This document shows, piece after piece, positions 37,653 through 47,320 of a DNA stretch of 64,000 nucleotides (its first letter is position 1; every line of letters begins with the position of its first letter). Both the position numbers and the translations under genes were made by a program. Source of the stretch: a virus; IMG/VR virus record IMGVR_UViG_3300020048_000018, positions 114,054 to 178,053 of that record. One strand, given 5' to 3'. The notes below the pieces were generated by a model that saw only the letters and a program-made list of their open reading frames with translations, was not told where the DNA came from and ran no database searches.

Positions 37653-38280
37653 AAGTATTTGTGGAGCATTTAAACCAAATAGAAATGATGAGTTATATAC
37701 TCCAAAAAGTTTGGTTGAAATTTTAGATCCCTATATAAACGTATTCATAAAAGACTATGTATATCGTACAGAATCAATTAATCGTATGATAAAACCCGAG
37801 TGTCAAAGAAGTTTTACTCCTACAGTTTGGCTCCCATTTGATTTAGAGTCTAGTGAGTACGTTCATTACTTTAAGTCACGAGGGGATTTTAATATTGAGT
37901 TCTCTCATATATCTACTGGACAAGACTTCTTTACTTATGAGCCAAAGAATTGGGATATAGCTATATCAAATCCCCCCTTCTCACGAAAGTTGGATGTATT
38001 CAAAAGACTTAATTCTCTTGGGAAACCGTGGGCAATGTTAGGAAATTTAATGTCTCTGAATTACCAAGAAATTGGAAATTATTTTGCAGATAACCCTGTT
38101 CAAATGCTTATTCCTGATAAGAGAGTTTCCTTTGATGGAAATCCCTCTAGTTTTTGTTCTGGATATTTTTGTAAAAGGTTTTTATCAAGTGACTTAGTTT
38201 TTTGTCATATAGAAAATAATAATGCAAAACAGTATTATATTCCTTCAAGAATGTATTCGGGAGAAAATAATGATAAGTGA
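37645..38280 (+). CDS. DNA adenine methyltransferase-like
   Basis: NDELYTP, VWLPFD, QDFF, ISNPPFS. Confidence 0.75.
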   Translation: MSKSICGAFKPNRNDELYTPKSLVEILDPYINVFIKDYVYRTESINRMIKPECQRSFTPTVWLPFDLESSEYVHYFKSRGDFNIEFSHISTGQDFFTYEPKNWDIAISNPPFSRKLDVFKRLNSLGKPWAMLGNLMSLNYQEIGNYFADNPVQMLIPDKRVSFDGNPSSFCSGYFCKRFLSSDLVFCHIENNNAKQYYIPSRMYSGENNDK

Positions 38281-38605
38281 AAAAGAGTTTTCTGATAATG
38301 TTGGTGAAGACATAACCAACCTTCTTAAAAATTGTATTCTAACAGGAGAAAATATATCCTTAGAAAAATACACTAACCTACCTATGAATTCCTATGAGGT
38401 TAAATTTATAGAACCATTGATTAGTAATGAAGCACTGATATGGAAATTAGAAAAATCTATTAAGCAAACTAGGCAGTTAGGTAGGTACCAAGTTCCTCCA
38501 ACTTACCCAGAGTATCTTGCAACAGACGGAATTAACGAATTGCTAAAAAGATTTAAATTGTTAATTTTAGAAAATAAAATGTACAAAGACTCGATATCTC
38601 TATGA
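38270..38605 (+). CDS. hypothetical protein
   Basis: SD GGGAG. Confidence 0.5.
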   Translation: MISEKEFSDNVGEDITNLLKNCILTGENISLEKYTNLPMNSYEVKFIEPLISNEALIWKLEKSIKQTRQLGRYQVPPTYPEYLATDGINELLKRFKLLILENKMYKDSISL

Positions 38606-38637
38606 AAAAAGTTAATATATAACAGAGGTTAAATGAT

Positions 38638-38832
38638 ATGAATAGTACCGTAATGAATGAAAATGATGTAAGCACTGAATATGAAATTAAGCATGATGCT
38701 GAAACAATTAAAGAGATATATAACTTAAATAATTCCACCGTTGATGCAACTAATAAGTCAACAACCATAACATTAAATAATCGTCATGATAGACGAAGAC
38801 TCAATGCCATTCTTAGAAAGAAAAGGAAATAA
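38638..38832 (+). CDS. small protein with basic C-terminus
   Basis: GTTAATAT and SD GAGG upstream; NRHDRRRLNA. Confidence 0.5.
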   Translation: MNSTVMNENDVSTEYEIKHDAETIKEIYNLNNSTVDATNKSTTITLNNRHDRRRLNAILRKKRK

Positions 38833-38833
38833 T

Positions 38834-39328
38834 ATGTCAACTGAATGCAAGTTCCCTCAATACATAAATCCAAAATTGGATACCTTCTATGATTGTTTTT
38901 GGTATTTGGAGAGTACTGCATTTTTTTCTGACCCTGAGTTTATTGGAAAAGATGGAGTATCAGAGGTATCGGTTTTCTCAAAGAACTTAAATCTCAATGT
39001 ATGGAAAGTTAATCGAATAACTGGGGAAATCGAAAATGACTCTACAGTAAATACTGAATTAGCTTTTGTTGCCGAGGTGGGCGGTAAAGTTTTCGATAAT
39101 ATGTTTGATAGGTACATTGGGTGTCATTACTCAAATCTAGATTGTTCTGCTAAAACCTATGAAAAAATGATAATTAAAATTGCTAATCTAGTGGAGGATA
39201 ATTACCCCCTTAGAGACTATGGTAAAATTAGTCACTTCATGATTGATGATGACTATGAAGATATGAAAACTAAATTTGGTGAATATGAAGCACTTATACT
39301 TTTTACCAAAAAATATAATATCAAGTAA
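38834..39328 (+). CDS. hypothetical protein
   Basis: SD AAGGA. Confidence 0.55.
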   Translation: MSTECKFPQYINPKLDTFYDCFWYLESTAFFSDPEFIGKDGVSEVSVFSKNLNLNVWKVNRITGEIENDSTVNTELAFVAEVGGKVFDNMFDRYIGCHYSNLDCSAKTYEKMIIKIANLVEDNYPLRDYGKISHFMIDDDYEDMKTKFGEYEALILFTKKYNIK

Positions 39329-39346
39329 TATGATAGGAGAACAACT

Positions 39347-39631
39347 ATGAAACTTTTTGAACAACTAAAAAACCTGTGTGATGCTCTTGGTGGAGCACTT
39401 TTTGGTGACGGTAGTCACTCTAAGGATAGGTACCCTTCGGAAGCTCTTGGAACTGATTGTAAAATTATTAAGGGCGAACATCATTGCACCTATACCAGTG
39501 CAGTAGTATGTAAAATCTGTGGAATGGAATTAGGGTGTCATAAGAAATCAACTTATAATTGCCCTAACATGAATGAAACAAATGCAAGTGATGTTTGGTT
39601 GAAAACAAAATTCACTTTTATGGAGAAATAA
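39347..39631 (+). CDS. Cys/His-rich hypothetical protein
   Basis: HHC..CKICG..CP. Confidence 0.5.
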   Translation: MKLFEQLKNLCDALGGALFGDGSHSKDRYPSEALGTDCKIIKGEHHCTYTSAVVCKICGMELGCHKKSTYNCPNMNETNASDVWLKTKFTFMEK

Positions 39632-39895
39632 ATGTCTAAGAAAATACTAATCCCCATTCCAGATGAAGAATGGATTTGTCCTGAATGTGGTTCACATGAT
39701 ATATTTGTTGACCCAACCGAAGAACATGACGCAGATGATGAAAGTGGTGATATCTTTTGGGATACTGATGCAGTAATATGCCCGTCCTGTAATAGAGATT
39801 GGAACTTGGCATCCTTTATCAGAAGATGGCTTAAGAAGAAAAATATGGTGAAGTGCCAGTGCTGTAATGGTACAGGATTGGTGAGATCAGAATGA
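39632..39895 (+). CDS. Zn-ribbon protein
   Basis: CPECG, CPSC, CQCCNGTG. Confidence 0.55.
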   Translation: MSKKILIPIPDEEWICPECGSHDIFVDPTEEHDADDESGDIFWDTDAVICPSCNRDWNLASFIRRWLKKKNMVKCQCCNGTGLVRSE

Positions 39896-40221
39896 AAGAA
39901 ATATTTACCTTGAGAGTTCAAGGGGATGATGATGTTATTATCAATTACCAAAACTGTCCTGTTGATTGTCTTAATTTGTATTTTACTTCTTTTGATGTGG
40001 CTAAATTTATTGAAATAATTAAGTCAATTTCCTTTACTCCCGTACCCAATAAAACAGGGTATGTTACTATCATGGAAAACTATATTAAGTTAATGATAGA
40101 GTTCCTTAACAATTATAATATAGAAAATATTCAATTCTTCTATGAGAAGTCATTTGGTGGAAACCAATACATTACACTTTCTTCTTCTTATATTCCAGAA
40201 GAAGCTGATTACGTTTTTTAA
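39892..40221 (+). CDS. hypothetical protein
   Basis: ATGA coupling. Confidence 0.5.
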   Translation: MKEIFTLRVQGDDDVIINYQNCPVDCLNLYFTSFDVAKFIEIIKSISFTPVPNKTGYVTIMENYIKLMIEFLNNYNIENIQFFYEKSFGGNQYITLSSSYIPEEADYVF

Positions 40222-40233
40222 AAGGGATTATAA

Positions 40234-41064
40234 GTGATTTTAGATAAATGTAAAAAAGAACATTTCTATGAATATGTAGATATCTGTGGAAAATTTGTGG
40301 ATATTGATAAAGATAATTCGTATGAATTATCCGAAGTAATGATTAAGCATTGTAAAAATAATAAAGAACAGAGATGTTTGGATTTTATTGAGCTTGAAAA
40401 TGTTTGGTATGAATCTTTCAAAACAGGAAATCCCGATTTTTCGGTATATGATAACCCTCTATTTGTAAGTGATCTTTGGGCATGTTGGGTTATGTATAGT
40501 AGAGATTATCTTAAAAGAATATCTTCCCCTAAGGGAATCTTAAACTCTCTTGAGGAAACTATAGTTTCTACAAGAAGTATTGTTGAAGATATGGGAGAGG
40601 TAAATGGGGTTGTAGACCTTGGTTGTGGTTTTGGTTATACTACTGCCGGTCTTAAGGAGATGTTTCCTAACTCGGATGTGTATGGTACAAATATCGAGAC
40701 ATCCTTTCAATATAAAATAGCTACATACTTTGGTAAAAAATATAACTTTTCAATCATACCTGATTGTTCTCATATAGGGAAAAAATTAGATGTTGTTTTT
40801 GCATCAGAATATTTTGAGCATATTGAAGATCCTATTAAACATCTTCTTGGGATATTAGATACTCTTAATCCAAAGTTTCTTATAATTGCAAATGCGTTTA
40901 ATGCTAGAGCATTAGGACACTTTGATAGATATCTTTTCAATGGAGAATATTTTGATGGTAAGACCATCAGTAGAATGTTTAATAAAACATTGCGAGATAA
41001 GGGATATAAAAAGGTACAAACCAACCTTTGGAATGATAGACCCTCCTATTGGAAAAAAGTTTAA
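40234..41064 (+). CDS. class I SAM-dependent methyltransferase
   Basis: VVDLGCGFG, YGTN, ASEYFEHI. Confidence 0.8.
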   Translation: MILDKCKKEHFYEYVDICGKFVDIDKDNSYELSEVMIKHCKNNKEQRCLDFIELENVWYESFKTGNPDFSVYDNPLFVSDLWACWVMYSRDYLKRISSPKGILNSLEETIVSTRSIVEDMGEVNGVVDLGCGFGYTTAGLKEMFPNSDVYGTNIETSFQYKIATYFGKKYNFSIIPDCSHIGKKLDVVFASEYFEHIEDPIKHLLGILDTLNPKFLIIANAFNARALGHFDRYLFNGEYFDGKTISRMFNKTLRDKGYKKVQTNLWNDRPSYWKKV

Positions 41065-41103
41065 AACTTAAAGTTAATATATTTAATAGATAAGGATTAA
41101 ATA

Positions 41104-41382
41104 ATGAAAGAAAATGATAAACCTAAGTTTAAGTGGGGTGTTGAAAAACCAGTTCAAACCAATGAACCTACTTGGAAGGATTCTTGGGGCGGTATGCCAG
41201 AGTTTGTTCAAGAACAACAAAAGCCTTATTCTCAGATAATGTTTAGATTTAATAGTGAAGAAGAACTTCAGGAGTTCGCTGTTTTGATAGGTCAACCTCT
41301 TACAAATAAAACAAAGTCTGCATGGTATCCCCAACTTGTTAGGGGGCTACATTCAGGTAAGAGGTATGTAGATGAATCCTAA
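41104..41382 (+). CDS. small partner of GREB1/TAGT-like glycosyltransferase
   Basis: WGGMPEFVQE..FRFNSEEELQEFA..IGQ..TKSAWYP; overlaps GT start. Confidence 0.6.
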   Translation: MKENDKPKFKWGVEKPVQTNEPTWKDSWGGMPEFVQEQQKPYSQIMFRFNSEEELQEFAVLIGQPLTNKTKSAWYPQLVRGLHSGKRYVDES

Positions 41383-42253
41383 GTATCCAATCTACATTGT
41401 TTCAAAAGGTAGATGGCTTACAAGACTCACCAGTAAATCCTTAGAAAGAATGGGTGTACCCTATCACATTGTGGTTGAATCTCAAGAGTTCGAGGAATAT
41501 TCCAAAGTAATTGACCCTAAGAAAATACTTATTCTCCCTAATGAATACCTAGAAAAGTATGATACCTGCGACTCGTTAGGTAGCTCCCTTAGTAAAGGAC
41601 CTGGTGCGGCACGTAATTTTTGTTTAGCACACTCAAGAAGTTTAGGTGCAAAGTATCATTGGGTTATGGATGACAACCTTGACGCATTTCATAGATTAAA
41701 CAACAATCTTAAAGTTGTATTAGAATGTGGTTCTGCTTTCCTTTGCATGGAAGACTTCGTTGAAAGATATACAAATGTTTTAATTGCAGGACCAAATTAT
41801 TATTCTTTTTGTAAAACTACTGACCCTGTTCCTCCTTACACAATAAATACCAGAATTTATTCGTGTCTTCTTATTAGGAACGACATTCCCTACGAGTGGA
41901 GAGGTAGATATAATGAGGACACTGATCTATGTTTAAGAGTTCTTAAAGATGGTTTTTGTACAATTCAATTTAATGCCTTTTTACAAGGAAAGGTAACTAC
42001 ACAAAGAATGTCTGGTGGAAACACTAAAGAGTTTTATAAAGAGGGTGGAACCTTGAATAAGTCTCAAATGATTGTTGATCTTCACCCTGATGTATCCTCT
42101 GTTGTCTATAGATTTAATCGTTGGCATCATCTTGTAGACTATAAGCCTTTCAAGAAAAATGTCTTGATACGCAATACGAATATACCGGTAGCTTCCCAAA
42201 TAAATAATTATGGAATGAAGCTTATTTCAACAAATAAAAGGGGCAAAGATTAA
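41372..42253 (+). CDS. GREB1-like / TET-associated GT-A glycosyltransferase
   Basis: YPIYIVSKGR, GPGAARN, WVMDDN, YNEDTD, GGNT, RWHH. Confidence 0.8.
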   Translation: MNPKYPIYIVSKGRWLTRLTSKSLERMGVPYHIVVESQEFEEYSKVIDPKKILILPNEYLEKYDTCDSLGSSLSKGPGAARNFCLAHSRSLGAKYHWVMDDNLDAFHRLNNNLKVVLECGSAFLCMEDFVERYTNVLIAGPNYYSFCKTTDPVPPYTINTRIYSCLLIRNDIPYEWRGRYNEDTDLCLRVLKDGFCTIQFNAFLQGKVTTQRMSGGNTKEFYKEGGTLNKSQMIVDLHPDVSSVVYRFNRWHHLVDYKPFKKNVLIRNTNIPVASQINNYGMKLISTNKRGKD

Positions 42254-42254
42254 T

Positions 42255-42500
42255 ATGAACATTCAATGTAATGGGGACTTAACTATTAATGGCGGTTCGG
42301 TGACAACTACCGGTCTAACTGTTATGTGCGATAGTAATCATGTATTTATTAATGGGGAAGAAATACCAATTCCCCGAGGAATGAAAACAAATAACATTTC
42401 AACGGTTAATAATAAAGTATTTATTGGTGGATTTGAGTTTTTTGAAAAGGACAAGAGGTTTAAAAGAACCCTCGAAGCTTTCATTCATTCCGTAACCTAA
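42255..42500 (+). CDS. hypothetical protein
   Basis: Beta-rich; operon packing. Confidence 0.5.
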   Translation: MNIQCNGDLTINGGSVTTTGLTVMCDSNHVFINGEEIPIPRGMKTNNISTVNNKVFIGGFEFFEKDKRFKRTLEAFIHSVT

Positions 42501-42779
42501 ATGATAGAATCTATTTTCCCAACAAAAGCTGAACTTTTTCCTATAGATACTGAAGTATCAAAAAAGGAACTTAAGAAAAAATATGTACTAAATTTCTCAT
42601 GTGGTTCATACAAAACTTACTGTCATGATTGTGGCTGTTTTGAATATGGGTGTGATATCACAGAAGAGTTTAATACTGATGTGTTATGTGAGGAATGTGT
42701 TTGCTCGGGTCTTGGCAACTTAGATCCACACACAGGTAAACGAATCTATAGGAGAAAAGAATGTGGAGAAAAGCACTAG
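42501..42779 (+). CDS. Cys-rich hypothetical protein
   Basis: CHDCGC..C..CEEC. Confidence 0.45.
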   Translation: MIESIFPTKAELFPIDTEVSKKELKKKYVLNFSCGSYKTYCHDCGCFEYGCDITEEFNTDVLCEECVCSGLGNLDPHTGKRIYRRKECGEKH

Positions 42780-43357
42780 TTGCAGTTATAAGTACCAGTT
42801 TGCTTATTTCATGTACAAACAAAAAAATTGTTGAGGTAATACCAGAAACCAAAACAATAATCATTTATGAAACTGTTTATGAAACTGTTTTCAAAGAAGT
42901 TATCATAGAAAAAATAAAGTATACAGATGAGTATTCTCTGCCTACCGATTTTTGTGAACCAATGAAGGATTATTTCATATCAAGTAAATTTGGATTTCGT
43001 CAAAGCCCGATGGGTGGAGTTGAAGGGGAATTTAATATGCACAAAGGTCTTGATTTAGTTGGTAAGAAAAACTCCCCTGTCTACGCAGTTAAAGAGGGTG
43101 TGGTAGCAATAAACTTTCCTCCCCCTAATGGTCATTATAAGGGTCATCCTATCTATGGTGGATTAATTATTATTGATCATGGAAAAGGTCTTTATACTTT
43201 ATATGCACACCTAAGTAAGGGATTTGTTACCGAAAAACAGGTTGTTAAAAAAGGTCAACAAATTGGTGTTCAGGGAAATACCGGACAATCTACAGGACCC
43301 CATTTGCATTTTGAGATATTAGTTGACCCCAAGTACGCATTAAGTTATACTAATTAA
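42761..43357 (+). CDS. M23 family peptidase lipoprotein
   Basis: LLIS-C lipobox; HKGLD, YAHL, GQSTGPHLHFE. Confidence 0.9.
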   Translation: MWRKALVAVISTSLLISCTNKKIVEVIPETKTIIIYETVYETVFKEVIIEKIKYTDEYSLPTDFCEPMKDYFISSKFGFRQSPMGGVEGEFNMHKGLDLVGKKNSPVYAVKEGVVAINFPPPNGHYKGHPIYGGLIIIDHGKGLYTLYAHLSKGFVTEKQVVKKGQQIGVQGNTGQSTGPHLHFEILVDPKYALSYTN

Positions 43358-43375
43358 GCTAAGGAAACTTTATTT

Positions 43376-43720
43376 ATGAAAAGATTAATTCTAGTACTGT
43401 TTGTTTCGCTGTTAGCTGTATCAAGTTCTTTCTCACATAAAAAAATACTCGATGAAGAATCAGTAGAGTATTATGATGAGACTCCCGAATCAGGTGAGCA
43501 TCTTAGACTTATATATAATAGTGTTTCAAGAAACCTAACCGTAGTTTATACTTTGTCAGATGACTTTTATTTTGAGGGTGACGCATTTGTCTTAATTCGA
43601 GATAGAATTATTAAGTTTAAACTTGATAAAGGTTTTAAATATTATAAAACTATTAGTGAAGATATTATTAAATGGCATAATGATCAGGTAGAATATACAA
43701 GGTTTTTAATTTTATATTAA
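43376..43720 (+). CDS. secreted hypothetical protein
   Basis: Sec-type signal peptide. Confidence 0.55.
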   Translation: MKRLILVLFVSLLAVSSSFSHKKILDEESVEYYDETPESGEHLRLIYNSVSRNLTVVYTLSDDFYFEGDAFVLIRDRIIKFKLDKGFKYYKTISEDIIKWHNDQVEYTRFLILY

Positions 43721-43722
43721 TT

Positions 43723-43914
43723 ATGAAAAAATTAATTATAAACCCTGAAGAAATTGATATACGGGAAAGTATCTTCCTTAATGGAGGGTACTGTATATCC
43801 TCTAAGATTAAAAATTCTACAACAAAATGTATGTGCGATTATGCAAAGAAATATCATGTTTGTAAGTGCGGTTTATTCTTAACAATCGAGGTTCCTGATG
43901 AACAACCTAAATAG
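43723..43914 (+). CDS. ferredoxin-thioredoxin reductase catalytic-chain-like
   Basis: NGGYC..TKCMC..CKCGLF. Confidence 0.5.
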   Translation: MKKLIINPEEIDIRESIFLNGGYCISSKIKNSTTKCMCDYAKKYHVCKCGLFLTIEVPDEQPK

Positions 43915-44188
43915 TATCGGGAAATTTTCCCTTCAGTTTTATTTTGAGGATGAAATATTCCAGATAACTGATTCCTCAACCAACAGAATATTCAGAGAAG
44001 AAGCTTTAATGCTTTCTGCTAATTATGCGGTTTACTTTGACCTTAAATCTCAAGATGATACTTTATATACCTTAAAATCAAACTTTAAAGATTCAATATT
44101 ATCCTACTTGTTAAACTTCTATGAAATAAACTCTGATAAATTTAGATATTGGAAATCTAGAATAAAGGAAGAACCGTTTTTATGTTAA
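43898..44188 (+). CDS. hypothetical protein
   Basis: SD GAGG. Confidence 0.45.
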   Translation: MNNLNSIGKFSLQFYFEDEIFQITDSSTNRIFREEALMLSANYAVYFDLKSQDDTLYTLKSNFKDSILSYLLNFYEINSDKFRYWKSRIKEEPFLC

Positions 44189-44198
44189 GGAGAAAATT

Positions 44199-44639
44199 TT
44201 GAAAATATTTTTAGGAGGGACATGCCCCTCATTTGATGGAGATTTTGACTATAGAAAAATACTTATTCCAATCTTAAATGAATTGGACATTGAATATTTT
44301 AACCCTGTTGTAGAAGATTGGACAGAAGAATGTATAAAAATTGAAGAAGATGAAAAGGAATTATGTGATATCCATTTATATCTTATAGCTCCAAATATGA
44401 AAGGGGTATATTCAGTAGCTGAAGCTTTCGGTTCATTAATGATTTATGATGAAGAAAAAATGTCAATTCTTCTGGTATTAAAATCTATTTCAGATAAAAC
44501 TTTTGAAAAATCTCAGTTGAAAAGTCTCTATGCTACTTTAGACTTGTTCGAGAGTTGTGGAGGAAGTTCTTGGAATGCCGAGGATATCAATTCCTTAAAT
44601 GAAGACTTCTTACTAGAAATTCTAGAGGGTTATTATTGA
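44199..44639 (+). CDS. nucleoside 2-deoxyribosyltransferase-like
   Basis: KIFLGGTC, YFNPVVEDW, GVYSVAE; TTG start with AAGGAG. Confidence 0.7.
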   Translation: MKIFLGGTCPSFDGDFDYRKILIPILNELDIEYFNPVVEDWTEECIKIEEDEKELCDIHLYLIAPNMKGVYSVAEAFGSLMIYDEEKMSILLVLKSISDKTFEKSQLKSLYATLDLFESCGGSSWNAEDINSLNEDFLLEILEGYY

Positions 44640-44654
44640 AAACTAAATAAAGGT

Positions 44655-44679
44655 AAAGCACTCTATTGAGTGCTTTTTT
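44655..44679 (+). terminator. intrinsic terminator
   Basis: AAAGCACTC-TATT-GAGTGCTTT plus T tract. Confidence 0.85.
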
Positions 44680-44716
44680 GTTTTTAACCCTTTGTAATTC
44701 TCTCAACTAACTTTTT

Positions 44717-45094
44717 ATGAGCAACATTGAGTACGCAATTAAAGATACCGTCTGGGTTCTGTCAGCATTGGAAACACACTATTATAAGTTACCTATAGAA
44801 GCAGTTCTCTTAGGTATTAGCAAAACAGATAAAATTAATAAGTTTAAGGTTAAAGCTAACGGTCAAACCTTTTATGTTAAGCAGTTGTTTGATAAAGACT
44901 CTTGCATCGATACCTCATTGCTTGCTTTGAAAACTGCATTAAATGTCTTAAATGTTCTCAGATCAATGTATGGAAACTTAAAAGGTAAAGAAATTCTTAG
45001 AGTCTTAGATACCATTGATACCGAATCAAAAATAATTAAATCCCATATCTTAAAAATTGAAGGCAATGATTTCATTTGGAGTGATATCGGTTAA
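44717..45094 (+). CDS. hypothetical protein
   Basis: ACTAAC 6 nt upstream; no SD. Confidence 0.45.
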   Translation: MSNIEYAIKDTVWVLSALETHYYKLPIEAVLLGISKTDKINKFKVKANGQTFYVKQLFDKDSCIDTSLLALKTALNVLNVLRSMYGNLKGKEILRVLDTIDTESKIIKSHILKIEGNDFIWSDIG

Positions 45095-46167
45095 ATTCTG
45101 GATAAAAGTTTTTCTAAAAGTTTCTCAATATCTTCATCATATTTTATTCTTATCAACTCTAAATTATTGTCTATACAATATTTAGTTTTTATTGTGTCAT
45201 TAATCTGTCTTTTCTTGAAACCCTCAATTCCTCCAAACCATTTAACGGGAACATAATGCTGTTTTCCATCATATTCAATTAAGTGAGATAGCTTTCCATT
45301 TTCAAATATAGCAAAATCAAACGGAAGGGGTCTCTTGTTTTTGCAGTCTTTAATCTTGTACTGTTCTACAAAAGTAAGATTAGTTTTTTGCAGAATATTT
45401 CTAATCCCTTTTTCACCATGAGAGGATTGGCATCTCGGACAACCTGCCCCTGCTAAATGATGACTAGCTCTTTGGGAAAATCTCCCATGTTCTATGCAAA
45501 TAATATCTATTTCAACCTTAGAGTTCACATAGTCAACTAAGGAATAATCATATTTATCTCCATGAACTTTCTTAGCACCAAATATGTAATCTTCTGTATT
45601 TGATTTCTTGTTACCAAAACATTGAGGACACCCTTTTCCATTTAGGTGACTATTAGCCACTTGTGAAAAAACCCCATGCATTGAACAAATAATATCTATT
45701 TTGGATTCCTTCCCTACATAAGTAACAAGAGAATAGTCATAGGTATTTCCATGAACCTCTTTAGCTTTTTCAATGAATTCCACAGTTGTAGATTTCTTGT
45801 TTCTTGAACATACCGGACACCCTTTTCCCATTAAATGACTTGATGCATTTTGAAAAAACTTCCCATGATTAGGACAGATAATCTCAATCTTTAAACTTGA
45901 ATTAATATAATTCACTATCGAATAATCATACTTATTTCCATGAACATCTTTAGCTTTTTCTATATACTCCTCAGTGGTTATCTTTTGGTTTCCAGAACAT
46001 TTTGGACATCCTTGTCCCAATAAGTGCTTATTAACCATTTGAAAGAACTTCCCATGTTCTTTACATACAATCTCAACTTTAACCTTAGAGTTCACATAGC
46101 ATACCTTTGAGTAATCATATTTATCACCATGAACTTTCTTAGCTTTTTCTAGAAAAATGTTTTTCAT
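45091..46167 (-). mobile_element. homing endonuclease-like: 4 x 63-aa Zn-finger repeats plus DUF559/Vsr-like nuclease
   Basis: (HGxKYDY..IICxxHG.F.Q..H..G.GCPxC)x4; SHGE..PFDF..IEYDGKQHY. Confidence 0.8.
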
Positions 46168-46176
46168 ATCTTAGTA

Positions 46177-46185
46177 ATATTAACA
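46177..46185 (-). promoter_or_regulatory. TGTTAATAT promoter
   Basis: 9 nt before ATG 46167. Confidence 0.5.
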
Positions 46186-46189
46186 AAAA

Positions 46190-47182
46190 TCATTTTATTT
46201 TTATCTTAAAACTTTTTAGGTAGCTTTTACCATAAACTTTTTCAATGTATTTAAGAATTGGAAATAAATCATTATACTTTAATAATTTTACTTTATTTTC
46301 TTGTATAAAATTATATTTTTCCTTCCACCAGCTCTTTGTAATTGCACAGTATGGCTCACCTTCTTTATTAAAAAACTGATTTCCTTTAATTTCTTGATAC
46401 TCACCCTCTACCAGAAAATCAGGATGATACTTATGAGATATTCCATCAGAACCAAGATATGTGAAATCAGTAATTGGCTGATATGTGAAGTTTTGTTTAT
46501 TATCTGTTAGCCAAATATAATAGGCAAGTTCCCAAGAACTGTCAAAACAGACCTCATTATACACATAAGTTCTACTATATATCATTCTTCCATATTTTTT
46601 TATTATTATTTCATTTGCTTCTCTCCTCCATTCCTTTGACTTGAAGTTATGATCTACCCCATAGTGTTTCATATAAGTTCCCTTTGAGTTTTCCATTCTA
46701 ATTTTATATGATGCTTCTACTGTTCCATATCTTTTCAATAAAGTTTCATGAGACTTTTCTTTAGACTCTTCTGTTTGAGCAGGGTTCGTAACACCATATT
46801 TAATAATACACGATTTTTGAGTGTTTATGTTTCTCTCTGTCCAGTCTCTTTCTGAACTCATCCTTTTAACTTTTTCTAATTGCCAAGTGTTTTCTATCCC
46901 ATATTTTTCTAAATTTGTTTTTGACCTCTTCTCAGTAATAAGCTTAGTATCTTCTTTTGTGTATTTTCCTTTTTCATATGAGATTGAACATCCCTTGCAT
47001 AATAACTTATCTTTCTTCAATTTTCTTCTGATAGACCATATCTTAAGGGATAGTGATTTTCCGCAAATCTCACAAATACCTTGAATATCGTCTAAAGAAC
47101 CTGAGTTCCTAAATTCTTTTAATTCTTTCACATTCCTAATTTCTATCATATTTCCATGCCTTAAATAAGTTAGTTTATTCAC
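46190..47182 (-). mobile_element. homing endonuclease-like: KYG repeats plus TnsA-like PD-(D/E)xK nuclease (alt start 47149)
   Basis: CEICG..CKGC; EKYGIEN, IKYGVTN, KHYGVDH; FDSSWE..YHPDF..EIKG. Confidence 0.75.
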
Positions 47183-47211
47183 TTAAAAAGCAGGAAAGTT
47201 TGATTAAGAAA

Positions 47212-47316
47212 TTTAAGAAAAAAGTCTTTCTAAAGTACTCATACTAATTAAAGGATTAGTTATTACTACTTTAAAATTTTAAGAAAAAGTCTTTTTAAAG
47301 TACTCATACTAATTAA
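47212..47316 (+). repeat. ~40-bp direct repeat x2, each ending in ACTAATTAA (tandem late promoters)
   Basis: TTTAAGAAAAA(A)GTCTTT[C/T]TAAAGTACTCATACTAATTAA at 47212-47251 and 47278-47316. Confidence 0.8.
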
Positions 47317-47320
47317 TGTA

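Noticed and set aside
37730-37745. CGTATG within the MTase gene (approximate position) as a fourth leader hairpin
   Set aside because: Only a 3-bp stem, inside coding sequence
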